DNA of 64,000 nucleotides from Malacoraja senta (lineage: Eukaryota): contig JAXLNO010000146.1 of the NCBI GenBank assembly GCA_038087875.1, positions 806,001-870,000 of the forward strand. Direction: 5' to 3'. Below the pieces are notes generated by a model. That model saw nothing but the letters and a program-made list of their open reading frames with translations. It made no database searches and was not told the origin of the DNA. Each line of letters starts with the position of its first letter. Position 1 is the stretch's first letter. The position numbers and the translations under genes are program-made. This document shows positions 26,291-38,660 of this stretch, piece by piece.

Positions 26291-26819
26291 ATTGTTTGGC
26301 CCTTTTTTGTAGTTTTTCTAGTTTGGGTTGTTTGTGTTTTTTATGTTTTTTTCCCCAGTATTGTTTGGCTTTAAATTACAATTTCAATCTGGCAATCCTG
26401 GTGAGTGAGAGTGAGTGAAGAGTGTAGAGAGCGAGTGAGAGTGAGTGGGTGAATGTCAGTGTGTGTGTGAGTGAGTGAGAGTGAGTGAAGAATGAGTGAG
26501 ATTGAATGGATGAATGTGAGTAAGTGAGAGAGTGAGAGTGAGTGGCTGAGTGAGAGAGTTGGTAAGAACGTGGGTGAGAGAGTGGGTGAGTGGGTGAGTG
26601 TGTGTGTTAGAATTGTGCAGAACATACCAACATTATCTCAGAATAAAAGGACAGAAAAGCTATAAAAGTCACCTTCCAGATAGTTGAGACTGCCCCTCCA
26701 TGACACAGATCACATGTAGACACAAAATATCCGTTCTATATGAAGCTGACCAGACTTTCGAGACCACTTTTACACAATCAAATTTAGGCATCCGTTGGCC
26801 GATACGTTTCCGAGCTGAC

Positions 26820-26909
26820 TGTGGCTCTCCTTTTTCTTCAGGATAAAGTCAACATTGGTAGAGGAGCCCACCGCGTAATATATATTGCCGTCATCTGGAA
26901 TGACCACCG
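26820..26909 (-). CDS. RGL1: RGL1-like gene: RA-domain C-terminal exon (90 nt, phase 1-1); read-through form stops at 26770
   Basis: Acceptor ttttttctcttctgtccccag|. Encodes (A)VVIPDDGNIYYAVGSSTNVDFILKKKESH, resembling LVIPDSANVFYAMNSQVNFDFILRKK. Donor CAC A|gtcagc is weak. If unspliced, the frame continues SQLGNVSANGCLNLIV* to 26770. Confidence 0.9.
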
Positions 26910-27122
26910 CTGGGGACAGAAGAGAAAAAACACAATCAGTACATTTCCAAACGTAGACTGGGCGACCGTTTCACTGAACACTAGGCCTACGAGGCCCATG
27001 TGATCGCCCGTCTGACAAACATTTCAATGGTCCTTTGTTGTCATGTGTACCGAGGTACAGTGACATTTGGTTTACTATATAGTCACACCAAAAAAGCAAC
27101 AAGATACAAAACTACTTAAAAA

Positions 27123-27470
27123 TTAAACATAAACACCCACCACAGCGGCGTGTGAGAATCCCCAGGCCACACAGCATAAGCGGAGATCCACAGCCATCAG
27201 TTTAATGTTCGGGCCACACACACACACGCACTCCTTCACCGTGATGTGACCAGAGTTGTACGGACCGCTACCACTCTCTCTGCAGTCCCTGTCCACCCGA
27301 ACAGTCAGAAAGCCGTCCACACTCGCACCAGACTCGGGGATGTTCACATGGCGCCATGACCTGATAAACACCGAGATCACCGCACACACGGCACTCCCTC
27401 CGAATCCTCACCAGTGCAGGCAGCACGACTATCTTGTTGTTTTCGGCAACCTCACATTCCCCACTGTGAT
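27123..27470 (-). mobile_element. Rex1-type LINE endonuclease fragment
   Basis: VDGFLTVRVDRDCRESG...FSHAAVVGVY. Confidence 0.6.
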
Positions 27471-30082
27471 AGAAGGCAAATAACTTATACCTTCATCCCT
27501 GCTTTGAACACCCCTTCAGAATTAAAGGATGTTCTTTAAGGAAGGAGATGAGGAGACATTTCTTTAGTCAGAGGATGGTGAATCTGTGGAATTCTTTGCC
27601 ACTGAAGGCTGTTGAGGCCAAGTCAATGAACAAGGCAGAGATAGATTCTTGATTAGTACAGGTGTCAGGGGTTATGGGGAGAAGGCAGGGGAATGGGGTT
27701 AGGAGGGAGAGGTAGATCAACCATGATTGAATGGCGGAGTATGACTTGATGGGCCGAATGGTCTTATCCTACTCCTATTCCTGACCCACACTGAGCTTTC
27801 TGTCCTGGGTCTCCTCCATTGCCAGAGTGAGGCCAAACGCAAGCTGGAGGAACAGCACCTCATATTTCACTTGGGCAACTTGTACATAGCTTTATGTTAC
27901 AGTTTAGTTTATTGCCACGTGTACCGAGGCACAGCAAAAAGCTTTTTGTTGCATGCTAACCAGCAGCAGAAAGACAATACATGATGATCCATTTACAGTG
28001 TATAGATACATGATAAGGGAATATTGTTCGTGCAAGGTAAAGCAAGCAAAGTCCGATCAAGGATAGTCCGAGGGTCACCAATGAGGTAGATAGTTCAGGA
28101 CTGCTCTATGAACATTGAATTGTCTCATTTTAACTAACTTCATCTTACACCCACTCCCCCTCCACCCTTGCCCCCCTTCCTCCACCCTAGTCATTTTACC
28201 ACAGTTCTCCACATTGTTTCTCTTGAGATCACACCTTCAGCCAGTCAATAATGGACCTACCAGGCACCACCCCATCTGAGCTCATTTGTGGCCGACCCTG
28301 ATGGCTCCTGATTTTCTCACCTCCAGCTCTTCACCTCTTCCTTCCCCCCACCCCACCCACATTCAGTCTGAAGAAGGGTCCTGGCCCGAAATGTTACCCA
28401 TTCATTTTCTCCAGAGATGTTGCCTGACCCGCTGGGTTACTCCAGAACTTTGTGTCTATCTTTGATATTAAACCAGCATCTGTAGTTCTTTGTTTTTACA
28501 TTTATTTACATTGCAGACTTGCTTTGTGAATAGAAAGCTACATATCCAGTGAATAAGTTTGTAAATCACAGGAGCAGAATTAGGCCATTCGGCCCATCGG
28601 GTTTACTCTGCCCTTCAATAATCACTAATTTATCTTTCCATCTCAACCCCATTCTCATGCCTTCTCCTCATAACCCCTGACACCTGCACTAATCAAGAAT
28701 CTGGCAATCTCTGTTTTAAAAATATCCATTGACTTGGCCTTTTCAGTCATCTGTGGCAATGAATTCCACAGATTCACCACCCTCTGGCTAAATAAAATCC
28801 TCCTCATCTCCTTTCTAAAGGTATGTACTGTAGAAGTTATAGAATTCTAAATGATTCAGAGTGGGGCTTAGTTGCAATACCGTCTCAAATCTTGCAGCAC
28901 ACTACAAAAGGGTTTACCTCACTTGGATTTACACTCAATAATATTATAATGTCAATAATTGTTTAATTGGTCTCTGTAAATTGCCCCTAGTGAGTAGGAA
29001 GTGGATGACAAAGTGGGATAACATGGAACTAGTGTGGACAGGTGATCGATGGTCAGCGTGGACTCGGTGGGCTGAAAGGCCTGTTTCCGTGCTGTATCCG
29101 TAGCACGGCACAGAGGCTCAGCAGGCAGAGCCACTGCCTCACAGTGCCAGAGACCCGGGTTCCTGACCACGGGTGTTGTATGTGTGGCATTTGCACGTTC
29201 ACCCCGTGACCGCATGCGTTTCCTCCGGGTGCTCCCGATTCCTTCATATCCCATCTACAATAGTAGGTTAATGGGCCTCTGTAAAAATGGTCACTATTGT
29301 GTATGGTGTGGGTGAGAAAGTGGGATCACATAGAAGTAGTGTGAAGGATGGTTGGCGTGGACTCAATGGGCCAGTGGTTTCTATGCTGTATCTCTAAAGA
29401 AAACTATCACAATGTTTAAAAACCTTTTGGACAGCTAGATGGATAGCATTGGTTTAGAGGGCCATGGGCCAAACGCAGGCAAGTGGGAATAGTGTAGATG
29501 GGGCATGTTGGTCGGCATGGGCATGTAGGGCCGAAGTGCCTGCTTCCACACATTGGAAGGCATGGACAGGCGACGTTTTGTGTTGGGGCCCTTCTTCAGA
29601 CTCAACCCTAGCTGTATATGGTTTCCATATCCAGTATGAAAGGTTGCAACCTGAAATGTCGCCTGCCCATTCCCTTCACAGATAATTTAGTTTTGTTTTG
29701 TTCAGTATTTTAGTGTACACAGATTGGAAACAGGCTCTTCGGCCCACCTAGTACACACGGACCAGCGATCACCTGTACACTAGCACTATCCTACACACCA
29801 GAGACAAATATTTTATGGAAGCCAATTAACCTACAAACCTGCATGTCTTTGCAGTGTGGGAGGAAACCGGAGCACCCGGAGAAAACTCATGCGGTCATGG
29901 GAGAACGTACAAACTCCATACAGACAGCACCTGGAGTCAGGATGGAACTGGGGTCTCTAATGCTGCAAGGCAGCAACTCTACCACTGTGCCACCTGATCT
30001 GCTGAGCTCCTCCAACACATTGAGTTTTTGGAGGAAGACTGTACATCTTCCAGCCTCAAGGAACCTATGTTTTATTCCTCAC

Positions 30083-30194
30083 CTCTGTCGTTGGAGACGA
30101 TCAGGACAAGATTATATTCCTTCCAATCGTCATCCAGATTGTGCTTAGCCATGGCTCTCTGGATGACGACCGGGGATCTCTCTTCGTTGGTCAC
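30083..30194 (-). CDS. RGL1: RGL1-like gene: RA-domain middle exon (112 nt, phase 0-1)
   Basis: Acceptor cttttcccttcctctccag| and donor AGA G|gtgagg. Encodes VTNEERSPVVIQRAMAKHNLDDDWKEYNLVLIVSNDR, resembling RGL1 LTSQDKTPAVIQRAMLKHNL...EYELVQVISEDK. Not in the ORF track. Confidence 0.92.
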
Positions 30195-30414
30195 CTGGAG
30201 AGGAAGGGAAAAGTATTTACTTCAGTTAAGTTTAGAGATACAGAATGGAAACAGGCCCTTCGGACCATCGAGTTCACACCATCCATTGAATACCCTTTCA
30301 CACCAGCTCAATGTTATCCCACTTTCTGTTATCAGGCAACTGAACCATTCCACCAACAACCAGAGAGCGGCCTTAAGCTACTCGCTTCCTCATTGCAGAT
30401 GCTCGGACCATCTT

Positions 30415-31140
30415 CTTTTTAAAATTTATTTATTTGTTTATTTTTTAATTTTTTTATTAGAAGCATTGTACATACATCTTAATCGTGATATGCAACATAA
30501 TACATTTCGTGTACAAATTCTCTTTTTTTTTAAACTTTAGCCTGTAATAGAAAAAGAGAAAAGAGAAAGAAGAGAAGAATGAGGATAGTAGTGAAGTGTA
30601 GTCCGCAGTAGTTGGCGTTAAATGAATGATGATGTTTAAGTAGACTGCGTGCTTGAGAATGTGAAAAAAATAAAAAGAAAGAAAGAAAAAAGAAAAGAAG
30701 CCAAGGCTCCAAAGAGAAGAGGGCCTTAAGAAGGGAAAGGAAATAAGTAAAAAATCCAAAGAAGGTAGAGCTAAACGAAAAAGGAAAGGAATGTGCCTAA
30801 TTCATATCGATTCACACCCATCACCTAGTTCTAAAACAATAACTTTCTCAGGTTATGCTGTTGCAAATCAATAAAAGGTGACCATATTCTTAAGAATTGT
30901 TATTGTTTTCCTGCTAGAATGAGTCTCATTTCCTCGAGAGGTAATATTTCCGACATATTTGTGATCCACATTTTAAACGTTGGGATAGGAGCGTTTTTCC
31001 AGAATTTAAGTATAAGTTTTTTTTCCGTTATCAAACCATAGTTTAAGAAACATCTTTGAAATATAGTTAGTTCAGAACAGGCTTCCCTTGCTCCGAAAAT
31101 AATCAATTCTGTATTTGGGTCCAGTCTTAATTGAAATATT
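30415..31140 (-). mobile_element. L1-clade LINE 3' end
   Basis: KKLILKFWKNAPIPTFKMWITNMSEILPLEEMR...WSPF, followed by an A-rich tail at ~30415-30460. Confidence 0.7.
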
Positions 31141-31755
31141 TTTTAAATCGGACTATCTTCAATTGGATTTTAGTGAACTGTATCTTGCACTAAACGTTAT
31201 TCACTTTATTCCCTTTATCATGTTTCTTTACCTTGTGGATGGCTCGATTGTAATCATGTTTTGTCTTTCTGTTGAGTGGTTAGCACACAACAAAAGCTTT
31301 TTACTGGACACATGACAATAAATTAAACTAAGCTTCCTGCAAAGTAGAAGCAATTTACTCTGAAAGATCGGCAAAAAAGGGTATTCAATTAGCGAACCAA
31401 CACGACATCCCTGGATCCTCTCCAGGGTTCTTGGCTTCAGTTTGTAACTAGATAATATACCAGTAATCTTTCAAAAGAGCCACAAGGCAGAAAATCAAGG
31501 AAATGTAGGGAGTCACGGTGGCGCAACAGCAGAGTTGCTGCCCTACAGCATCAGAGACCTGGGTTCGACCCCAACTACGGATGCTGTCTGCTGCCGTGTT
31601 CATAAGAATTGGAGTAGAATTAGGCCATTCAGTCATGGCTGATCATCTCTCTCTCCTAACCCCATTCTCCTGCCCTCTCCCCATAACCTCTGACACCCAT
31701 ACTAATCAAGAATTTATCTATGCCTTAAAAATATCCACTGACTTGGCCTCTAAGT

Positions 31756-32770
31756 TAGCGATGTTACAATACTTACCTTCAGCGGCGCCGCAGTTCTGCC
31801 ACTGGCCGTGTGCACGACTTTGGCGCCTTTGAGGGGGGGGGGGGGCGGATTAAAATGCCATTTTCTCCTGCCTGTCGGAGGCAAACTTCCTCAGGCTGCC
31901 AGCTGCTGCAGAACAATCGACCGGACTTCCATTCTGGAAGTTTTTTTTTTAAATCGCGGGACAATTTAATCGCTGGAGTAAAATAAAAAGATACTTCTAA
32001 CGCCGTCAACGCCTACAACGGGACAGATCTCGAGTAGGGGACAAAACATAGTGTAAGTCGTGTATTTTACATATAAACTTGCTTCTTAGGATGACTTTAA
32101 ACCAAAGTAATTGGCGAAAATGTGATTTTGGCTCCATACGAACCGGCAGTGTTTTTCCTGCCGATATGGGGTTCAAATTCACTGCAACCGCAACGTTCCA
32201 ATCAATCGCATTTCATAAAAACCCACTCGCAAGATGATTTAAATGCCCATTAATTTACGGGAATTAAACATTGAATTCCTTCCATTTGGCCTATAAATTC
32301 ATGACAATGAGATTTAAAAATCATGTTATATTGTGAATTCTTGTGTGAATGTTATTTGGACACTTAGGCTATTTAAAAATGTTAACCTTTTCTTAAGAAA
32401 TGGATAGATGTTTAGATCTAGTAATTGAATTTTGTAATTAGCTACAATTAGGTAACTAACTAATTATATGCTTTAATTTCAAGTCATCCAAGTAAGATTG
32501 TTTCATATTTGTTTCAGAATGCTTCAATCTATAATAACTGACATTTTCATTCAGTTCTCTTAATTTTTAAGAACGTTATGGGGTTTTGACTGTTCTCAGC
32601 TTTTGAGTTGTCAATGGAAAAGCAATAGGGAACAAGATGCTAAATTCCGAGTATGAAAATGGCCTTAACTTATTTAATACTGAAGATATGAAAGTGAATT
32701 AGGTGTCAAATTAAACTTCTTTTTATGCTTTATCTGATGGGATAAATTGCAGACTTGAATTTCAAGTCTG
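31756..32770. mobile_element. Same TIR element, copy 3, lacking the right TIR
   Basis: Starts TAGCGATGTTACAA, colinear with copies 1 and 2, ends in a short foldback. Confidence 0.8.
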
Positions 32771-34896
32771 TGGCAATAGAATTTAAGTGGACTGTATTAC
32801 AAAGAAACTAATCGGGTGAAGTTGAAATCTTTCTATTGTTTAATTGGTCTGCAACAGATGTGGATAAGGTTGCTAACAATTGGGCAGTGCAAAGCTTCCG
32901 CCTTACAGCGCCTGAGACCCGGTTCAATCCTGACTACAGGTACTGTCTGCACAGAGTTTGTACGCTTTCCCTGTGACCGTGTGGGTTTTCTCCTGGTGCC
33001 CTGGTTTCCTCCCACACTCCAAAGACGTGCATGTTTGCAGGTTGATTGGCTTCTGTAAATTGTACATTGTCCCTAGTGTGTAGGATAGTGCTAGTGTACG
33101 GGGTGATTTATGATCGACGTGGACTCGGTGGGCCAAAGGACCTGTTTCCAACACTGTAAGTCTAAAGTAGTTACAACATCCACTGCAGTAGGCAAAGGTC
33201 TCATTAATGTTAAATTATTGACATTTAGATTGATTTTTCTGATGCTTTTACACCCTGTTTGGCAAAAGATCATCTTTTGAACAAATAATCAACCCTAATT
33301 GATATTAGGATCTATATTCTCTCCTCACATTTCAAACTACAGGGAGTCCAAGGCAATGAAAGATAAGAGTGTCCCCAAGGACATTCCAGGAGTCATATAC
33401 AGAGCATCTTTCAAATCATTATACCCTTAGCACCATGCACCACAGAAACAGGCCTTTCAACCCAACTTGCCCAAACCGTCCAAGATGCCCATTTTCTACG
33501 CCAGTCCTACCTGCCCACGGTTGGCCCATATCCCTCGAAACATTTTCTATCCATGTACCTGTTCAGTTGACTTCTAAATATTGTGTAATTCCTGCCACAA
33601 CTACCTCCTCTGGCAGCTCGCACCCTTAAACCCAACACCCCTCAGATTCCTATTAAATCTTGCCCCTCTCACCTTAAACCCATGTCCTCTGGTCTTGATT
33701 CCCCTCCGGGATAAAACACCCTCTGCATTCACTCTTTCTATTCCGCTCATGATTTTATACACATCTATATGATCACCTCTCAGCCTTCTGTACCACTACA
33801 CCCACCACCTTCAGTGTGAAAAATCTGCCCCTCAGTTCCCTATTACAGGTCCCACACAGAGAGTGGTGAATCTCTGGAATTCTCTGCCACAGAAGGTAGT
33901 TGAGGCCAGTTCATTGGCTATATTTAAGAGGGCGTTAGATGTGGCCCTTGTGGCTAAAGGGATCAGGAGGTATGGAGAGAAGGCAGGTACAGGATACTGA
34001 GTTGGATGATCAGCCATGATCATATTGAATGACGGTGCAGGCTCGAAGGGACGAATGGCCTACTCCTGCACCTATTTTCTATGTTTCTATGTTTCTAAAT
34101 CTTTCCCCTCTCACATTGAGGTGGGTGTATGGAACGAGCTGCCAGAGGAGGAAGTTGAGGCAGGGACTATCGCAACGTTTAAGAAGCAATTGGACAGGTT
34201 TGGAGGGATATGGGCCAAATGCAGGCAGGTGGGACACGTGGCCAGTGTGGGCAAGATGGGCCAAAGGGCCACACTGCATCACTCTATATCCTCTGACTCT
34301 TGCCCCTTATGAGAGAAACCAGAATCTCATTAAAGTTTGCATCTGTTGCAGACTTTGAACTAAACAGCACGGAAACAAGCTCCTGTGTTTTCAACTTTTC
34401 ACATTTCAAAATGTTTTATTCAGAAGGCACAAATATATTGCAGCAATGGTAGATCTGCTGCCATACAGCACCGGGGACCCGGGTTTCATCCTGACTGTGG
34501 GTGCTGTCTGTGGGTAGTTTGTATGTTCTCCCCGTGACCGCATGAGATTTTCTTCGGGTGCTCATACGGTCATAGAAGCAGAATTAGGCCATTTGGCCCA
34601 TCGAGCTTAATCCGCCACTCAATCATGGCCGATCTTTATCTCCCTCCGAACCCCATTTTCCTGCCTTCTCCCCATAACCCCTGACTAACACCAGTGCCCC
34701 GGTTTCCTCCCACACTTCAAAGATATATGGGATTGTAGGTTAATTGGCTTCAGTAAATTGTCCCTAGCATGCAGGAACTAGTGCATCCTATCCAATCGTT
34801 GGTCGGCGCGGAATCAGTGGGCTGAAGGGTCTGTTTCCATGCTGTGTCTCTGCTATAAAGTAATATCTGAGCCGTGGAAGAATGCCATGCACTTAC

Positions 34897-35133
34897 CACA
34901 ATGCTTTTGTATACATTTCCATGGCCGTTCTCGAGGCTGACGCGGATGATGACATTTTCATCGTTCCCCTTCATGTACTGAGGAAGTGACGTTGTGGAGC
35001 TGCGGGAAGTCCCCGAGATGGTGTCATTGTGGTCCTTGCGATTGTTGGGGCAGCAAGGCAAGCAAAAAAAGGTGCGGATAAATGAAGAAAGTCGGGAAGA
35101 GGCCTTGTCCATCGAGTGGGTGGAAGGTAACGA
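34897..35133 (-). CDS. RGL1: RGL1-like gene: exon with Ser-rich linker and N-terminal part of the RA domain (237 nt, phase 0-0)
   Basis: Acceptor tgttttgttttccag| and donor GTG|gtaagt. Encodes SLPSTHSMDKASSRLSSFI...LPQYMKGNDENVIIRVSLENGHGNVYKSIV, matching the RalGDS/RGL motif IIRxSxxxxxGNxYKSI. Confidence 0.92.
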
Positions 35134-35664
35134 CTGGAAAACAAAACAGTAAGGATGGGAATTTAGATATTTCCAATCCAACTTTTCAGTTCTATCATCA
35201 ATCCAGGCTGCTCCCATCCTCTATATAGGATGAGTGGTGATCTTATAGACGTGTATAAAATCATGAGATTAGTTGCTGCCTCACAGATCCAGACACCAGG
35301 GTTCGATCCTGACCTCAGGAGCTGTCCATGCGGAGTTTGCACATTCGCCCTGTGAACACGTGGGTTTCCTCCGGTTTCAAGAGTCAGTAATGTTTTATTG
35401 TCATATATCATTTCCTCTCACATCCCAAAGATGTGCAGGGTTATTGGTTATTTAGCTTCTGTAAATTGTCCTTAGTGTGTAGCATACAACTAATGAATGG
35501 GGTGATCGCTGGTCGGTACAGACTCAGTGCGCCGAAGGGACTGTTTCTCTAATGTAAACTAAACTAAATATTGGCACTTGCAACATGCAAAGCTTCACTT
35601 GTACTGTATTGCTTCTGCCTAACACAACGACTGCTTAAAAAGCAGCCAAGTCTTATTTGAGTGA

Positions 35665-35943
35665 CTTTACAGATACAGTGCGTAAACAGGCTTGCAGCCC
35701 ACCGAGTCCACACCGACCAGCCATTCCCACACACTATCCTACACACCAGGGACAATTTACGACTTGCAGAAGCCAAGTAACCTACAAACGTGCACGTCTT
35801 TGGAATGTGAGAGGAAGCCGGAGCACCCGGGGAAAACCCATGTGGTCACAGGGTGAACGTAAACTCCATACAGGCAGCATCCGTGGTTAGGATCGAACAC
35901 GGGTCTCTGGCGCTGTAAGGCAGCAACTCTACTGCTGCGCCAC
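35665..35943 (-). mobile_element. tRNA-derived V-SINE (HE1-like)
   Basis: Same head, core and tail. Confidence 0.8.
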
Positions 35944-36204
35944 AAAGTGCTGGAATAGGTCAGCTCACTCCATAGATCTCAGCTTCACTTTATCCTTCCT
36001 CAGGATCCACACACTCAATCAAAGCTCTTCCACTTACCTGACCTCCACCAAGGATCACAAACCTGCCTTTCTCCAGACCAGGCCCCCAGCAACTGTAAAC
36101 GAGCATCTGCAGTTCCTGGCGTCCACCCCTCATTAGAACGCGTTAGACGGACGTGCGCAGCACAAAATGTTTTACGAGGAAAAGGTTCTACCTTTTTGTA
36201 AACA

Positions 36205-36930
36205 AAATGTTTTACCAGAAAGCCGCCTGGATTCGAGGGCTTCAGCTACAGGGAGACGTTGGATAGACCTGCATTGTTTTTTCTGCAATATCGGAGGTTG
36301 AGAGGAGACCAGTTAGAAGTATATAACATTATGAGAGGCACAGTTAGGGTAGACACTCAGAATCTTTTTACGCCAGGCTGGAAATGTCCAAGACTAGAGG
36401 GTATCGCTATAAGGAGAGTGGGGGAAAGTTTAATGGGGATGCGCGGGGCAGTGGTGGGGGCCTGGTATGCCTGACCTAGGGAGGTGGTGGAGGCAGATAT
36501 GACAGGAGTGTTTAAGAAGCTGCGCACATCACGAGCGCGAAGCGTGAAATCCCTCGATGCCAGGGTCCAGGGCCCTCTTAAGGCCCTGGAAGCTGGGGTT
36601 TTAGATGCTCTCTGATGCATTCTGAGCCTTATTTTGGAGCATTTTTGCACCAAATCTATGACCAATATTTTAGAAATTAACAGGAATCTGAGAGGTAGCT
36701 TTTTCACACAAAGGGTGCTGGGTGTATGGAACAAGCTGCCAGAGGAGGTAGTTAAGGCTGGGACTATCCTAATGTTCAAGATACATTTGGACACGTACAT
36801 GGATAGGACAGATTTAGATGGATATGGGCCAAACGTGTGTGAGTGGGACTAGTTTAGATGGGACATGTTGGTCGGTGTGGGCAAGTTGGGCTGACGGGCC
36901 TGTTTCCACACTGCATCATTCTATGACTAA
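36205..36930 (+). mobile_element. CR1-type LINE 3' fragments with an unrelated insert at ~36521-36675
   Basis: RRLRGDQLEVYNIMRG; FFTQRVLGVWNKLPEEVV. Confidence 0.75.
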
Positions 36931-37079
36931 AAAGTTAAGAAGAAAAATGCATGTAGATAAGTAGAGCAGATTTGAAAGAGGAGTGAAATGTAAAGGCAGA
37001 GAGAGGTGTATGGGTGGAAAGGAACATAGGAAAGGAGAGGGGAGAGTGGGCTTGGGCAGATAGGTGAAGGGAAAATAGA

Positions 37080-37626
37080 CACAAAGTGCTGGAGTAACTC
37101 AGTGGGTCAGGCAGCATCTGCGGAGAATATGAATAGGCGACGTTTCACAGAGTGCTGGAGTGACTCAGCGGGTCAGGCAGCATCTCTGGAGAACATGGAT
37201 AGGTGACATGTCACAGTGCTGGAGTAACTCAGTGAGTCAGGCAGCATCTGTGGAGAATATGGATAGGTGAGATGTCACAGAGTGCTGGAGTAACTCAGTG
37301 AGTCAGGCAGCATCTGAGGAGAACATGGATAGGTGACATGTCACAGCGTGCTGGAGTAACTCATTGGGTCAGGCAGCATCTGTGGAGAACATGGATAGGT
37401 GACATTTCACAGTGTGCTGGAGGAACTCAGTGGGTCAGGCAGCATCTGTGGAGAACATGGATAGGTGACATTTCACAGAGTGCTGGAGTAACTCAGTGGG
37501 TCAGGCAGCATCTGTGGAGAACATGGATAGGTGATGTTTCACAGAGTGCTGGAGTAACTCAGTGAGTCAGGCAGCATCTGTGGAGAAAAGGTATTGATAA
37601 TATTTCGGGTCAAGACCGTTCTTCAG
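37080..37626. repeat. Tandem 8 x ~66 bp array of a Penelope terminal-repeat subunit
   Basis: Unit starts at 37080, 37146, 37212, 37276, 37342, 37408, 37474 and 37540. Confidence 0.9.
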
Positions 37627-38094
37627 TAATATTCATGATGTGACATGTATAGACATTCCTGAATGTTACCGAAACCATCGTGAGCTAACTTGTTACGGTG
37701 TTTGCCCTCTCCTATAACGTCTCTGCTGCCTTGGGTGATGCAGGACAGGACACAAGCTTTGGGACACGGTGTGAAGCTGTTGCCGTCTGTCCCAGCCTGG
37801 TAAAATCCTGGATGGAGTGGATGTGGAGAGGATGTTTCCACTAGTGGGAGAGTCTAGGACCAGTGGCCACAGCCTCGGAATTAAAAGATTCCTTTAGGAA
37901 GGAGATGAGCAGGAATTTCTTAAGTCAGAAGGTGAACTGTGGAATTCATTGCCACAGACACCTGTGGAGGTCAAGTCAATGGACATTTTTCAGGAGGAGA
38001 TTGATAGAATCTTGATTGATACGGGTGTCAGAGGTAATGGGGTGAAGGCAGGAGAATGGGTTTGAGAGGGAAAGATATATAGAGTCATGGAGTG

Positions 38095-38660
38095 ATACAG
38101 TGTGGAAACAGGCCCTTCGGCCCAGCATGTCCCATCTGCACTAGTCCCACCTGCCCACGTTTGATCCATATCCCTCCGAACCTGTCCTATCCATGTACCT
38201 GTCTAACTGTTTCTTAAATGTTGCGATAGTCCCCGCCTCAACTACCTCCTCCGGCAGCTTGTTCCATACACCTACCACCCTTTGTGTGAAAAACATACCC
38301 CTCAGATTCCTATTAAATCTTTTGCCCTTCACCTTAAACTTATGTCCTCTGCTCCTCGATTCACCTACTCTGGGCAAAAGACTCAACCATAGTATTCAAA
38401 TCATGATTTTATACACCTCTATTAGATAATCCCTCATCCTCCTGAGCTCCATGAAATAGAGTCCCAGCCTACTCAACCTCTCCCTATAGCTCTGTCCCTC
38501 TAGTCCTGGCAACATCCTCGTTAATCTTCACTGTACCCTTTCCAGTTTGATGACATCTTTCCTATAACATGGTGCCCAGAACTGAATACAATACTCTGAA
38601 TGCGGCCTCACCAACTTCTTATGCAACTGCAACATGACCCCCCCAACTTCTATACTCAGC
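38095..38660 (-). mobile_element. CR1-type LINE 3' fragment
   Basis: GESRSRGHKFKVKG...FFTQRVVGVWNKLP. Confidence 0.85.

Noticed and set aside
36038..36092. Segment with a perfect CAG|gtaagt donor
   Set aside because: Acceptor derives from a Penelope-type repeat, there is no RGL similarity, and exon 44374 already supplies the junction.
37080..37626. CRISPR-like regular array
   Set aside because: No unique spacers, eukaryotic context, and the units are a Penelope-derived tandem.
37670..37796. Possible exon AGTDGNSFTPCPKAC...
   Set aside because: No donor in a phase compatible with exon 35133 and no homology.
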